Source of the DNA: Takakia lepidozioides
Lineage: Eukaryota; Plantae; Bryophyta
DNA length: 64,000 nt
Reading direction: 5' to 3'
Assembly: GCA_030704615.1 (NCBI GenBank)
Contig: CM060731.1
Location: 42,284,001-42,348,000, forward strand
Translations under genes and position numbers: made by a program
Shown: positions 51,147-64,000 of the stretch, piece after piece
Layout of the letters: every line of letters begins with the position of its first letter
Position numbering within the stretch: position 1 is the first letter of the stretch
Notes under the pieces: model-generated
What the model was told of the DNA's origin: nothing
Seen by the model: only the letters and a program-made list of their open reading frames with translations
Database searches by the model: none

Positions 51147-52508
51147 ATGGACTCCCTCTACATGAGAAGGGTGGACAAAGAGGCCCCTCTAATGTGAAGG
51201 AAGAGGATGATGTGCAGAACAAAGACATGGTTTTGCCCAAAAAATCAAGGAGGGTGAAACTATCGAACACCGAGGTGGAGCAAGCACATGACTTTGTATT
51301 GAAGAACACCCCTTGCATAGTGGAGTGGGAGGCAAGACATGCGGATGAGAATGCACGGTGGTTGGAAGCAAATACAATTTGGAGATGCACGCGTGCGAGG
51401 GAATTGCGAGCCTCACGAGGACGGCGCAGATCTAGGAGCACGGCCCCATCGGGGGCGCGTGATTTGCCCATGGAGATGCAGCCATTGAGACCATTTCACC
51501 ATTAGCTCCGGAGTGGAATTGAGGCTGCGATGGCCGCGGGCGAGGTGGTGCCGCCTTTAGTGCAAGAGCTTGCGAGATGGCCATCTCAATATGCCATTTC
51601 ATTCTCCTCAATTTGGATTCATGGTCGTCATTTTTCGCATCCGTTCTCTTGACATCCGTCGGAAGACCACATTTGACTCCGGTTTGTGTGCAACATATTG
51701 GCAAGACTCCGTGTCAAGCACAAGGGACATTTGACCTGAGAGAAGCAAGCTTGAATATATCGGGGAGCTTGATGCCATTTTGCATCTCGAGTATGATCAC
51801 CATCGCCCTATTCTTTTCAAGGGGAGGTGGTTCCAAACCCACATTGCAGGCCCAAATGCAACCCTCTTGCCTGACGAGTGTGGCTTCATGCGGGTCAACA
51901 CTTCTAGGATCACGCCCTCTACACGCATCTCCAATGAACCATTTGCATGGCCGAAGGACATGGAACAAGTCTTTTTTTCCGAAGCCAAGACTAGATCGGA
52001 CAATTGGAAGGTGGTTGTGCATGCTAGGCCAAGAGGGAGACGCATTTACCATGGTGAGGGATCAAACCGTTGGGGTGGTGATGAGGCTGAAGTGGCCGAA
52101 GCGACCGAGGTGGACGAGGTGGCCGATGCAGATGCGGATGTGGAAAATGATGCTTCGTGGATAGAGGCAATTGAAGACACTGCCTTGAACAATGTTGGAG
52201 GAGATGAAGTGGTTGATGCGAATATTGCGCCGGAGGAGGAGGAGGACGAAGACGAGGATGACAATGAGGAGGATGACGAGGATGACGATGACGATGACGA
52301 TGAGGATGTACAAGAAGAGGAAGATCATATTGTGTCGCCTCCTATTGACCCTCCGGTCGTGCAAGTGCCATATGAATATATGGATGATGATTCGGCTTCT
52401 GATCATGACTCTCTTGAGAGGGGTCAATATAGTGACTTCGATGAGGACAATACACAGGAGTTGGAGCTTGAGGAGGAAGATGATGTCCCTTCCGATGACA
52501 TTATGTAG
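51147..52508 (+). mobile_element. CACTA/EnSpm transposase remnant (DUF4216-like C-terminal region) with acidic tail
   Basis: LFKGRWF...DECGFMRVN...EPFAWPKDMEQVFF...WKVVVHARPR resembles the CACTA TnpD C-terminal domain; upstream part fragmented. Confidence 0.75.
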
Positions 52509-52856
52509 TACCCACGTGGCACATTGTTACAAGGCGAACATGACAACTACTTCGGAACCAAATTGACCAACCAAGAGGATGTCTCCCATTATGATGTACA
52601 ACAATTTGCCAATATGACAAGAACGGTTGCAAATTGTAGTATGATGTGTGTGACAGAACTACGGTTGCTTTGAGACCGGGATCGCGTAGAAAGACATTTT
52701 AGATATTCTCATGATGCATTTTGGATACATTTGATTAACCGATTGATGTGAATATTTCTTCTTGATGCTCATCTTTTGCGACTTTGCATTGGTGATCTGA
52801 ACATACTTAAGCACATGTGGACCAAAGATGAGCTTGAACCAAGTTCATTCAATGGG

Positions 52857-54436
52857 TCATTCAAGTGATGAACGCAACTACGTGTCGTACAGACGGAAAA
52901 CCGTGTTTTTTTTTTCGTTCTATTCTCTAGCCATATGCTTAATGACAGCGTGTGCAATGTGCGTGCAAAATTTCGCAGCAAAAAAAAATCATCTGGACCC
53001 AAAACCATATTTTCTTCCTTCATTTGCACTCCAAGATTAAGTTCTCTTCAACTTCATGCACTCTTCATAGAGAGTTTTGTAATAGTGACCCAAGAAAACA
53101 TTTTTTTTTTCTTTTTTTTTTGGTCCAATCTTTTACATGGATGTAGTAGTCCAAAGTTTGAATTCAAAGAACAAAATAGAGCCAAAATAAAATCATTACG
53201 CCCCTCAAATCCGCAATCCTAGATATTCTAAATCATAATACTTATTTAAAAATCATTAAAATTCTATTTAATCAGAAATGGTTCTATTAGTGACTCCCTG
53301 GGCGTCACTACTACTATCAGCGCCTTCCCTGAGGTTTTTTGTCCATATTTTGGGGGGTGCTAACAGCGCCTTCCTGGGAGTCGCTTCAACTTCATAACAA
53401 TAACCCGACGCTGCTTAACAGCGACCCATGGGGGTTTGCTGTGAGTTTTTTGCAAAATATTTTGTCTACAATGTGTGTGCCCTCACTTCTGGGTCATAAA
53501 GTGGTGCAAAAGGTGGAATTTGGTGTGAACAACTCCCAAGATTCCTACACCCATTTCAGAGAACGAGATTGAGGTATATGTCAGGCCATCCAAATTTTCA
53601 AATACCCATTGTATGTGTATAAAGCAGTTTATTCCTATATTTGTGGTAGCAAGAGCCGACACCTATTGTCCATCAGAAGTCGTCCATTGAACCAATATTG
53701 TATCATTTTAATCTGTCACTATGTTTGGGGTTTGATAGGGATCACACGCAGACAAACTTCAATTCTAATGCACGGTTTGCAGCGTTGGGGAACAGCTTCT
53801 CTGTATACACAATTGCATTTCACTTCTCAGTGCTATGGCAACCCAACCTAGATGGCATGAAGGTGTTATTGCTATTTTCAGGGATTGTTGGGAGGGGGGG
53901 GGAGGGCAGAGATAGCCCTCCACAAATCAGGCATAAAGCTCAAGGTAGGGGTTTCCATTCAGATCATTTAAGGTACCCGTCATTGCATTTAGGGTTGGTG
54001 GGAAGCAAGCAAGCATACTCATTCAAGTGATGAACGCAACTACGTGTCGTACAGACGGAAAACTGTGTTTTGCCTATACATGATTTTTTTTTTAATTCCA
54101 TTCTCTAGCCATATGCTTAATGACAGTGTGTGCAATGTGCGTGCAAAATTTTGCAGCAAAAAAACATCATCTGGACCCAAAACCATATTTTCTTCCCTCA
54201 TTTGCACTCCAAGATTAAGTTCTCTTCAACTTCATGCACTCTTCATAGAGAGTTCTGAATAGTGACCCAAGAAAATATTTTTTCTTTTTTTTCATTATTT
54301 TTTGGTCCAAACTTTTGCATGGATGTAGTAGTCCAAAGTCTGCATTCAAAGAATAAAATAGAGCCAAAAATAAAATTATTACGCCCCTCAAATCCGCAAT
54401 CCTAGATATTCTAAATCATAATACTTATTTAAAATC
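52857..54436. repeat. Direct repeat of about 400 bp (52857-53254 and 54019-54436), TE non-coding arm, inversely homologous to about 60060-60230
   Basis: TCATTCAAGTGATGAACGCAACTACGTGTCGTACAGACGG...CCTAGATATTCTAAATCATAATACTTATTTAAAA in both copies. Confidence 0.9.
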
Positions 54437-55675
54437 GATCAATAAGGAATTCGGATCCTCATTTATCAAACCGAGAGGTCGCAGATTTGCCAACACACAG
54501 TACATTCTTCCTGTTGCGCTTCCGTTTAGACACCGGTTTAGCAATATCTTGTGATTGACTCTCAGGAATGAGCTCAAAATTTGGCGCATCATCAACAACA
54601 ACTTGACGCTTCCTATAACTCCTGGTATCTGCACCAGAACCTCGCGATGCTCTCACACGGCCACGCATCGAAAAAGCTATACAAGAAAAATGAGGGAAAC
54701 GCAGGTTTAGAAGCAAGGAAGTTAGATGGGTAGGTACAAAATCGCAACTGACACGTCATATATTATAGGATATAGACTGTCACTCTCGATGTTTCGAAAA
54801 CCCGGTTATGTTAGGTGACCCGTGGCATCTCGTCAATTACCTAGTCCATAGTTGCATGGCGGATGCCATAACTTCTTTACCCTAACTTATCCATAGAAAC
54901 TAACCTTACAAAAATGTGCCTACCTACCTACTACATCCATATGTCCCTGACTTTACATAAACTTTCAATGTCGCAATTGGCAGATTATTAAAAAAAAAAT
55001 GTGGTTTTTCCACATGGACTCCAAGTTTACCCAAAACAATGGTTTTGACCAAGCTCGAGACTTGTAGGTTCAAGATTTTTCTGCGAATGCCCTGCATATT
55101 CAGATTCCTAGGCACCCACATGGTTTAGGAGTAAAACCTCATCCCCATATTCCAAAAATATGTAGGGGGTCCTTTGTATGTCAAATTGGGGGCTTGGAAT
55201 TACAATCCCACCACGATTGCTAACCTTTTTGTCCCAGGGGTTCCTCAATTTTGAGCTAAACTGAAATTCCTCATGTTATCTTCTGCTATGCAACAACGCT
55301 ACACAAAATTTCTTTGTGGATTATGACAATTTTCCCACCTCAGATATGAAACCAGGTGGGTTTTGTATAGGAGAAGGGTCCCTCTTGAGGCCCTTCTGGG
55401 ATTTGAGGTACCCGTCGCAAGGCCGGTAACCCTTCTCCGGCGTAAAGAACCATGATATTTTGAGTACCTTCCAGCCCCGTAATGTATTTTGCCAGCGTGG
55501 CAAGGACCTTACGGGGGCTGGAAGGTATAGTGCAGTGTTGGCTGGGTACCATGTTTTGGGCCCTCTTCCGGTCCCGGTTATGGGGGATTGTTTTTCCATG
55601 AGCGGTGAGCAGACCGGCCTGAGCATGAGCAGAAGAAAATCAGAGGGGTATATTCACATATTTGGCGGAATTACA

Positions 55676-56140
55676 CACTACACCGCCTAATTCCGCGGGG
55701 TGTAAATGGTGAGGGTGTGGGGGTAAATGGGCGTCGAATAGAGTGGAGTCTATGGAATGGAGGTAAGTCGGCGCCGATTTGTGTCATTATCCCAATTTTA
55801 GGGGAAAAGAAAAAAGAAAAGAAAAAGAAAAACCTAAATGGGCGCCGACTTACCTCCCAACCAAATTGGTAAGTCGGCGCCCATTTAGGTTTTTTTTTTT
55901 TTTCTTTTTTTTCTTTTTTTTTCCCCCTAAATTTGGGGTACTTAATACAAATTGGCGCCGACTTACCTCTTCGAGTGAAAACGACCAGCAAAATCGGGGT
56001 AATTGATACAAATCGGCGTCGACTTAGCTCTTCCTCTGAAAACGGACAGTGATCATTCTAACTTCCTTTGTTGTTTGTTCCGCGGAAATAGAAACATGGC
56101 ATATTACCGCGGGTCCATATTCGCCGCCGACTTCCCATAA
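55676..56140. mobile_element. CACTA-like terminus with palindromic subterminal repeats
   Basis: CACTACACC at 55676; GGTAAGTCGGCGCC motif in alternating orientation forming a 55760-55969 inverted repeat. Confidence 0.55.
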
Positions 56141-58095
56141 TTGGACCTTCTGGTTGTCCGCATTGATCCACCATTTTCGTGCAAATAACTGTGGAATGGA
56201 CTCAAAATTGCCTCAAAATTGTGCCATTTCAGACTCTGCTCTGCTCATGCTCATGCTTAGCTATGCTCATCGCTCATGGAGTTTACGGACCCCCGGTTAT
56301 GGCCTACTCTTTGAAAAAAATGAATGGCCGGGGCAGGGTATACCAATTGGTTTGAAAACCATCTCGGATACAGGTTCTCATTAAACACATGAATTTTTTT
56401 TTGTCCGGTTCCCAATCTATCGGTTATACCATCTTAAAAAATGCCGGTTCCATGGTACCGGTTATGGGATTCATCCATTTTAATTTTTATACTTTTTCTA
56501 ACATTTTTGTGTATTTGTGTAATACTACACATGAGTGTTGTGGCCTGGTGGTAAGCCACTCATGTCATTGGCCTGTGGGTCTGGGGTTCAAACGTTCAAC
56601 CCCTGTCATTTATCTCTCTGCCTTTCAGTATGAGGCTTGAGCCCTGTCATACACTAAGTTTACAACTATTGTTTTAGCCAAATGCCCAATTAATTAATTT
56701 CTTATTTACTTGGACATTCTCAATGTTGTGCACCTAATCTCCCCAACCATTGTAAACATGTTGTCACTAATAATACATAGCATTCTACTTAGGATCCCTC
56801 CATCTGTAATGTTATTTACTACCATCACCAACCCCCACCCTATGTTATCTAGAACCGCCTCTACGCCATCCACTTTTGCTCCGGATCTTGCTCCGGGTAT
56901 AACACCCTTACAATCACGAAGCCTGGTTCTCTAGCCAGTTAGGAAGTTGGGTGACTTTTGCCGGTTCCCTTCCATAGCCGGTTCTTGCTAGGGCTGCACT
57001 TTCCGGTTATAACTGGCAAATAACCGCCGCATATGCCCCCGTACTTTCCGGTTATAACCGGCAAATAACCGCCGGATATGCATGTCAAGATGCCATACCC
57101 GACCAACATTGGTATAGTGCAATCTTCTGCCCTATAGACGACATAATGAACTAAGAAAAATATCACGGTTCTTCATGAGTTGCATACCAAATCAGGCACT
57201 TGTTGCCGGAGCAGGCACAACTTTCTGGCATGCTTTTTGGGGGGCCACGTCAAAAACACCCAGCACAAACACCGGGCGCGGGAAGACGATATCCGTCACC
57301 CCTACATGCCACCCTGCATGGCATTCCGCAAGGGCGGACACGTAGCCAGGCGACACATGCCATGCCACCCTGGATGCGGGGTCGGGTGGCATGACATTAT
57401 GCACCGGCCTATATCCGTGTGACCCCCACACGCTGGACGCCGGCAATGGCCGACCTAGTGGGGCTCCCCGCCTGCCACAACGACGCAATGGCGTGAGCGT
57501 TGCGCGTGAGCGCGCGAGCGCCGCTCACGCCAGCTGACGTGGCATGAGCCTGCACACACGCTGACGTGGCGTGAGCGTCATGTCAGCATGCTGATGTGGC
57601 GGTAAATGATGACATGGCACTGTCCGTCATCTGCCACGTCACCATTAACATGCGCCGCCTATAACCGTGGATGGTCCTATGACCGTGGAATTAATGCAGG
57701 GAATCTTGCCTAAATAGAATCAAGACGAGCATTGAGGCCTACAATTGCAGCATCCAACATTGTGCAATTACAAATGCTTGTTTCACTTTTACAATTACGA
57801 GGACGACAAAATATCCTCACAAAGTGTGCGCCATAAAGGCTGCCACGGGAAGACCTTCCTCCCTCCTCAAATAACAATGAGAGCTAGGATCATCTTCAAA
57901 AGATGATTGTAGTGCATAGCGACAGCAAGACATGTAGACTTCGAACGGTGCAATGACAAATGTGCACTACCTAAAAGTTGTCACTCAGAGCTGACTCCGT
58001 ATAGTTGGAGGCCATATCATTGCACAGCCGACGAATTGATGTGAATTACACATTTCAAATCATGGTCATCCACATACCACATTACATAGTTCATG

Positions 58096-59400
58096 CTACC
58101 CATGTGTTGTATCCCGCTGCAAAAGAGTATCGACCTCGTTGAAACTCATAGTGGCCTGGTGAATGAAGTTGTCACGTTTGGGATCGCAAACCATCATCCT
58201 CAAAAATATGAAATACAAATGTTTGCAGGGTATGAATTTACCTCTCTTGCCCAAACTGGTTGATAGCATATTCACAAAATCAGGACATGTGCAATTGGGG
58301 AAATTGGAAACCGTGATGTCGTAGGTCCTGTCATGAACAGCAGATGTGGAAGTGATGATTGTGAATACCCGACCATATCCTGGATCGGGTACTTCCGTGG
58401 TGCTTCCAACACGAGCTTGGAGCATTCTTGCGGACTCCACTTTGCCACAAAGTGTTCAGCGGTTGGAGGGAAACGCCGAACGAGCTTTCCATCTCGTTTG
58501 GTTGGCCACAAGTCAGGATTTGCCGGGGGGACCCGGGAGGACGCAGAAGTAGTAGCACATGCATGGAGTTGGGGTTGTCTCGCAAGGGAAAAACCTGCCT
58601 CCTCCAGCATTTCAATCTCATGAAAGCTGAGATGTGTTCCCACCTTCACGGGCCAAACAGGGATGATGACGTGGGCTCGGAATTTCCCTCCACCAACAGC
58701 AGGGGGTAGCTGCGTTTGTAATTTCGAGGCTTGGCTCGTCCGGAATCCAACAACATCCAGTAGGGTGACAGTCTTGTAAGAACATTTGGGCAGCTGCATC
58801 AGCCTTGATGCGGTTTATGTAATTGTACCCCCAAGACCCCACTAGCACTCCTTGCCTCCAGGGGTCTTTCATAGTGCTAGATTGATTTGGTGGTGTGGAA
58901 TTTAGAACCTGTGTGGTGATGCGATTGGGGTGGGCCAAAGTCAATTTAGACGAGAAGTGGGCGACTGGGACCTTGGTGGTCGTTAATTGCAACGGTTGAT
59001 AGCCGGTTCGCGTGTAGCAAAGTAGCTGCGCTTTTGAGGTCGCCAGTTGAAGCATCATAGTGGTCACTCGTGATGTATGTAGATTAGCCTTCCACTCATG
59101 GTAAGTGGTACCAGAGGTGTGGTGCTCTTGCTTAGAGTTTGTCCCCGGACTTGGCCTGATATGAAGGTGATGGAACGCCGCCTTTTGGAGGCACAGGCTG
59201 GTCTGGGTATTCGTAATGAGCAGCAGACTAAGTAGAATCCGTGTAAAAAGAGAGACACGATGGAAAATGTGTAAACATTATGCTTGAGCTGAGATGGGCA
59301 GAGCGCATATTGCCTGTTGCAGGCGAGTCTTCGAGGATAGGCATGCGTGTAGCTGGGAACCCTAAAAATATAACCATGACTAAAGACATAGCTAGATCAC
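58096..59400 (-). pseudogene. SWIM zinc-finger-containing, probably transposon-borne ORF (frameshifted)
   Basis: YDITVSNFPNCTCPDF...PCKHLYFIF is a CxC..CxH SWIM signature in ORF 58096..58440; upstream frames broken. Confidence 0.65.
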
Positions 59401-59454
59401 GAAGGGGGGAGGCGGAGCTCCGCCTTCCATCACGCGGGAGTGGGGGCAATTATT

Positions 59455-60950
59455 CTTGCCCATCCAAATGATTTTGGTTCACTTTGAGACTTTGCCAATA
59501 TGTTCAATGTACCATCTAAGAGGTCCCAGAGTAATATGAGATAAATCGAAATTCGTTCAATGGCTCAACGGATGGTTGCCCATCCAAATGATTTTGGTTT
59601 GCTTTGAGACTTTGCCAGTATGTTCAATCCATCTAACAGGTCCCAGAGTAATGTGAGATCACACGAAATTCGTTATGGGCCAATGAGGCGTTCACCAGTC
59701 ATCCAATTTGTTCATTGGGAAAAAAAAATCCTGTCATATGTGAACGACTATTGCACCCATTGAACGGATGTGGTTGAAGCCCAACTTTTGCCCACATGTG
59801 CTTGAATATGTGTGCAACACATGTGCGGAGATACAACAGAAGAAAAAAAACATTTCCTCCCCAACGACGCGCTCACCCTTCAACCAATTTAGAATTAAAT
59901 AAAATTTAAATGAATTTCAAACAAATAATTAGGTTTACATTGTCTTTGATTGGGGGTTTCTACTACGTAACGATTTGTTTTTTGGCTCAATCTTGGGCTT
60001 CAACCCTCACATCGCTACATCCCTGCAAAATTTTGGGCCACAAAAAATGGAAAAAAAAAACTCACTATTGCAGAACTCTCTATGAAGATTGCATGAACTA
60101 GAAGACAAATCAAGTTTGGAGTGCAAATGAGGGAAGAAACTGTGGTTTTGGGTCCAAATGACTTTTGTTCACTCCCAAAATTGGCATGCACGTTGCATAT
60201 GCCGTCATTAGACATATGGTTAAAAAATGGAATTAAAAAAAAATCATGTGCACGCGAAACGCAGTCCAACAGGTCCCAGAGTAATAGCAGATCCAACAGA
60301 ATTCATTGAATGGGTCAACGGATGGTTGCCCATTGAAATGACTTTTGTTTGCTTTGAAACATTTCCAGAACGTTTGGTACACCCTCTCATAGGTCCCGGA
60401 CTAATATGAGATCAATCGAAATTCGTTCAATGGCTCAACGGATGGTTGCCCATCCAAATGATTTTGGTTCGCTTTGAGACTTTGCCAGTATGTTCAATGT
60501 ACCATCTAAGAGGTCCCAAAATAATATGAGATCAAATGAAATTTGTTCAATGGGCCAACGGATGGTTGCCCATCCAAATGATTTTTGTTTGTTTTGAAAC
60601 TTGGGCAGTATGTTATGTATACCGTCTCACAGGTCCCGGACTAATACGAGGTCAATCGAAATTCATTCAATGGGCCAGCATTCATATAGTCGTTGATTCG
60701 TTCCCCATCCACATGAATTATTTTGTGCTTCGAGAACTTTGTGGGTATGTTGTTCATACGTAGATAGAAATGATTATCACATACGAGACTAGACAAAATT
60801 TGTTTGGCAGACGACCGTTTGTTATTGGTTGACATCAATTTTTCTTGTTCTGAAACTTTCTGAGTTGATTGCAGATACCCACATACACGTCATGACCAAA
60901 TATGAGACCATTGTAAATTTGTTGACAGGGTGAACCACTTCTTCCCCATC
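59455..60950. repeat. Arrays of the 120-bp repeat (59455-59697; 60270-60680, decaying to about 60950)
   Basis: CAACGGATGGTTGCCCATCCAAATGATTTTGG recurring at about 120-bp spacing. Confidence 0.88.
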
Positions 60951-61346
60951 ACATGAGTGAAAATGTGAAGAAAACGATGCTCATGCAATTGAAATTGGCC
61001 AGCAGGTGCCGTACATGTGTATTATCAAAATTGGTGCATATACAAAATTGGCAGAGTGCTATAAGGTACAACAGAAATCCGCATTGTCTATGTACTACGT
61101 TGCTAGTGATTCAAATCCTAGTCGTCACTGTCAGTCTTCACTTGATGTTGATGAAGGGGGCAAGGGATGTGATGTGTTGGCCTGATTTGCGCTGCCAATA
61201 TGGAGAACCTGGGACTGTGATCTCGTGATCAATGAGGGGCCCAACGAGATTAGATCAACGGTGGCCAGCATCCACCTACTTTTCGGCGAAAGTTGATTTT
61301 TTTCCAGACTCTCACGACGTGGCGGAGGTGGATCGACGGCAAGTGC

Positions 61347-62600
61347 TCAGCCTGCATGCAAATTGACAACGTGGCCATCTACATTTGGCAACATAGCCCC
61401 TGAAACACGATGAAAACAGTCTGTCCATAGTCGCTTCCATTCCTCTACAACTGCCTTGATGCTACCCTTGAAACTTTCCAACACCCTCTCGCGGGCCCGG
61501 TCCCTAATCATTATGTCGTCCCGACTAAGAGCCTCATCGTACGCCTCCTTTAATTGGCGTTGACATATTATAGCATCTTCCAATTCGGACAGCAACAAAT
61601 GTCTCCCAATCGGTTCTCGGTCATATAATTCGGTCTATTCCGACATCCATGGAATCTGTGGGAGCCGGATAAACCTCGCCCTTCTCTGACTCCAATGCCC
61701 TCCCAAATACGTGGGATGGAACATATGTCTACATGATCCAAGCACATGACATCCCTCTGGGCCGTAAGGATTCATGCACATCGAACAAAGTGTGTCATCT
61801 GATATCCATGACGGCAAAATGCCTCGTGGTATATCTTCCCTCTCGGCCGCGTCGATATGGCTGCTCATCCTTGTTGTGGTGTCCCACTCCTCCTCTCTCT
61901 CCAATTCCTAGTTTATGCTTCTATTCAATTTCAAAATTATGTGCTCACATCAATCGAACATAGATTCCACATCTGCCCAGTTGGTATACCCGGCGAACAT
62001 GCTTGATGCGATGCGGAGATCGTTATACCTTTGCATGTTATCATAAATGTTATCCATGCTACGGTTTGACATACATGCGATACGTTGCAAGGCTGACAGT
62101 GCCCGCTCTACCCGTGCTTCTCCGGAGGCCAGGTGGGTCGCCCATTGTACCCAATTCTCCCAATCGCCATCCAATGGCACCCATGCCCAAATCTCCAATG
62201 CTTTTGACAAGCGCCATGCAGTTGCCATGGCAATGTCCCGCTCCCTTGTAACACGATCGACATCAGACACGGTGTCGGGTTGAATGGCTACCCTCGAGCA
62301 TTCCCCGGTTTCCACTACTGGTTCTTTTCCTTTTCTCCTTCTCTCATCCGCAATTCACTATTCTTCAACCATGGTTTCATCGGCCGCAGGGTCAAGGACG
62401 TCCGTAATTCCGTGAATGATGCGGTCAATACTGCGATCGGGCATTGTAAACTCCACGGCCATGTCCACGTCGTTCGTTCCAACCTCATTGTGGACAACAA
62501 TGCCTTCATTGTTTGGATGCGTGTCTTCAAATCTACCCTCCAACTCGGAAAGAGATTTGGAAAGCGACAATACTATTGACCCTAAACCCTTAACCCAAAA
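61347..62600 (-). pseudogene. Degenerate ORF with RING-finger-like motif, probably TE cargo
   Basis: CSMCMNPYGPEGCHVLGSCRHMFHPTYL (C-x2-C...C-x-H-x2-H) in 61635..61904; collinear broken ORFs 61347-62600. Confidence 0.45.
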
Positions 62601-63469
62601 TGGGTTTGAATGAGTGCCAGAATAGTTCTTCAAAACTAATTTTGTAGAATGAAATGATACTGGAAGCCACAGGAGGCCTAGGGGGTGCACTCCTCATTAA
62701 ATGTACCAGCCACGTGCGTGCACAGGAGGGGGTATTTTAAACCCTCCCATGTACAACATTATACATACCGAGGGGTTTTTTTTTTTTTTTTTTTTTTTCC
62801 TCCGCGATCTTTCTCCCCTTCCCTCCCGCGGCTTTCTCTTTTCCCTCTCCTCCTCTCATCTCCTCTCCACTCCTCTCCCACGTTCGCCTTCCCTTCCGCG
62901 GGCTTTCTGTTTTCCCTCCTCTCCTCTCCCCTCCTCTCCACAGGGCATGGTATTCTTCCTGATGTTTACAAGGTTTAAGGGAGAGTGAGCTTGGTCTTAG
63001 CAGGCCATTTTGTGGTGGTTTCTCAAAGACCAATCCGACATTACCTGAGTACAGACACCAGCAACACACCGAAGCGATCCTTTTGGGTTGATGGGAGGGC
63101 AAATCCTCCATGGGTCATGACACAAGGTCAAGGACAATGTGGTGAGGGCACCTTCTTCTTCGACCTATTTCAGCCCGTCTTGCCCTCTCATCAGAGTCGG
63201 CCCTGAATTTGCAGCACTGAGCAGACCTGACATGAGTTTTTAGAAGATTGACAATGGTGGGACAACTGCAATCGCAAGGTGTGGCATTTTCTTAAGGTAC
63301 GTTGTGAAGAATTTTTTCCTTCCTGTTATTGCGGGCTCTTGCCTCCTGTTAGTACCTGATTTGGTATTCTTCCAGATGTTTACAAGGTTCTTGGGAGAGT
63401 CAGCTTGGTCTTAGCAAGCCGTGCTCAGCTGCACCGTGGTGGTTCTCACTGACCAATCCGTCGTTACCT

Positions 63470-64000
63470 GACTACAGACACAAGTACACACACGAGAGGT
63501 TCTCTTTTGATCTCAGTCCAAACAGGAAGTGGTCAGAGGTACCAATATCAGTTCTGTCGATCAACACATTGGCACACTGGGGGAACAAAGTTTTGTCCAT
63601 TATGATATAGTCCACAATGGAACGTTCCCCAGTTTGGGATTTCTCACGAGTCCACTGCACTTGGTCACCTGCAGTTGAAGTCCTTGCCCTTGGTTGTCTT
63701 CCTAGAGCGCGCCATTGAATCACCAATGTCTAAGACCGCTCTCCAGCCAGTCAAGGGACAAACTTCTTTGAGATTGAATTGATCTGGGACTCTATTAGAA
63801 GCACTTTTGGTCATTGCATCATTCAATGTATAGCACCACTTGACCTTTGGCAAGGAACAAAGCACAGTCCAGTTTTACATCTTCGAAGGCTTTGTCTGCG
63901 TCAGAACTAAGGGTCCCCTCTGTGGGCATGTAAACACAACCCACAAAGAGGTCCTTCGTTCTCATGCCGCCCTTCAGATTCAGTTTTAGCCAGATACTAT
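63470..64000 (-). mobile_element. LINE APE-type endonuclease fragment (degenerate)
   Basis: SIWLKL...LFVGCVYMP and SIVDYIIM...GTSDHFL motifs on the minus strand; runs off the window end. Confidence 0.75.

Noticed and set aside
56535-56600. tRNA gene
   Set aside because: Only A/B-box-like motifs; no complete cloverleaf.
55676-57119. Complete CACTA element from CACTACACC to GGTATAGTG
   Set aside because: TIR match is only 8/9 bp and the 3-bp flanks differ (ACA vs CAA); the CCGGTTAT-rich parts may be a separate element.
60270-60680. 120-bp periodic repeats as a CRISPR array
   Set aside because: The whole unit repeats with divergence; there are no unique spacers and no cas genes, and the context is eukaryotic.

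Overview
Eukaryotic, intron-rich land-plant genomic DNA, probably a non-seed plant (inferred from the PLS-DYW PPR style, RTE-X-like LINEs and PRXL2-like gene). I reconstructed four spliced + strand host genes by hand: a PP2C phosphatase (4759-9650), a PRXL2/FAM213-like AhpC/TSA redoxin (11400-18390, with a full-length Copia element in intron 1), a glyoxal oxidase/GLOX (33989-38080) and a plant RS-subfamily SR splicing factor (40861-45321). There is also a disrupted PLS-DYW PPR pseudogene (about 21.2-24.2 kb) and a probable decayed minus-strand gene (about 25.6-28.2 kb). The rest is transposon-derived: L1/Tx1-like and RTE-X-like LINE fragments, Copia plus a solo LTR, a truncated Gypsy with a nested TIR element, CACTA remnants, SWIM- and RING-coding remnants and 120-bp repeat arrays. 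Three observations stand out. The SR gene has no in-frame ATG and appears to start at a CUG in ideal Kozak context, with a GC-AG intron carrying a candidate poison exon. A piggyBac-type (TTAA/CCCC) MITE candidate lies at about 28.7-29.5 kb. A 120-bp-repeat element interrupts the PPR editing-factor gene. Splice models are manual and unverified by transcripts.
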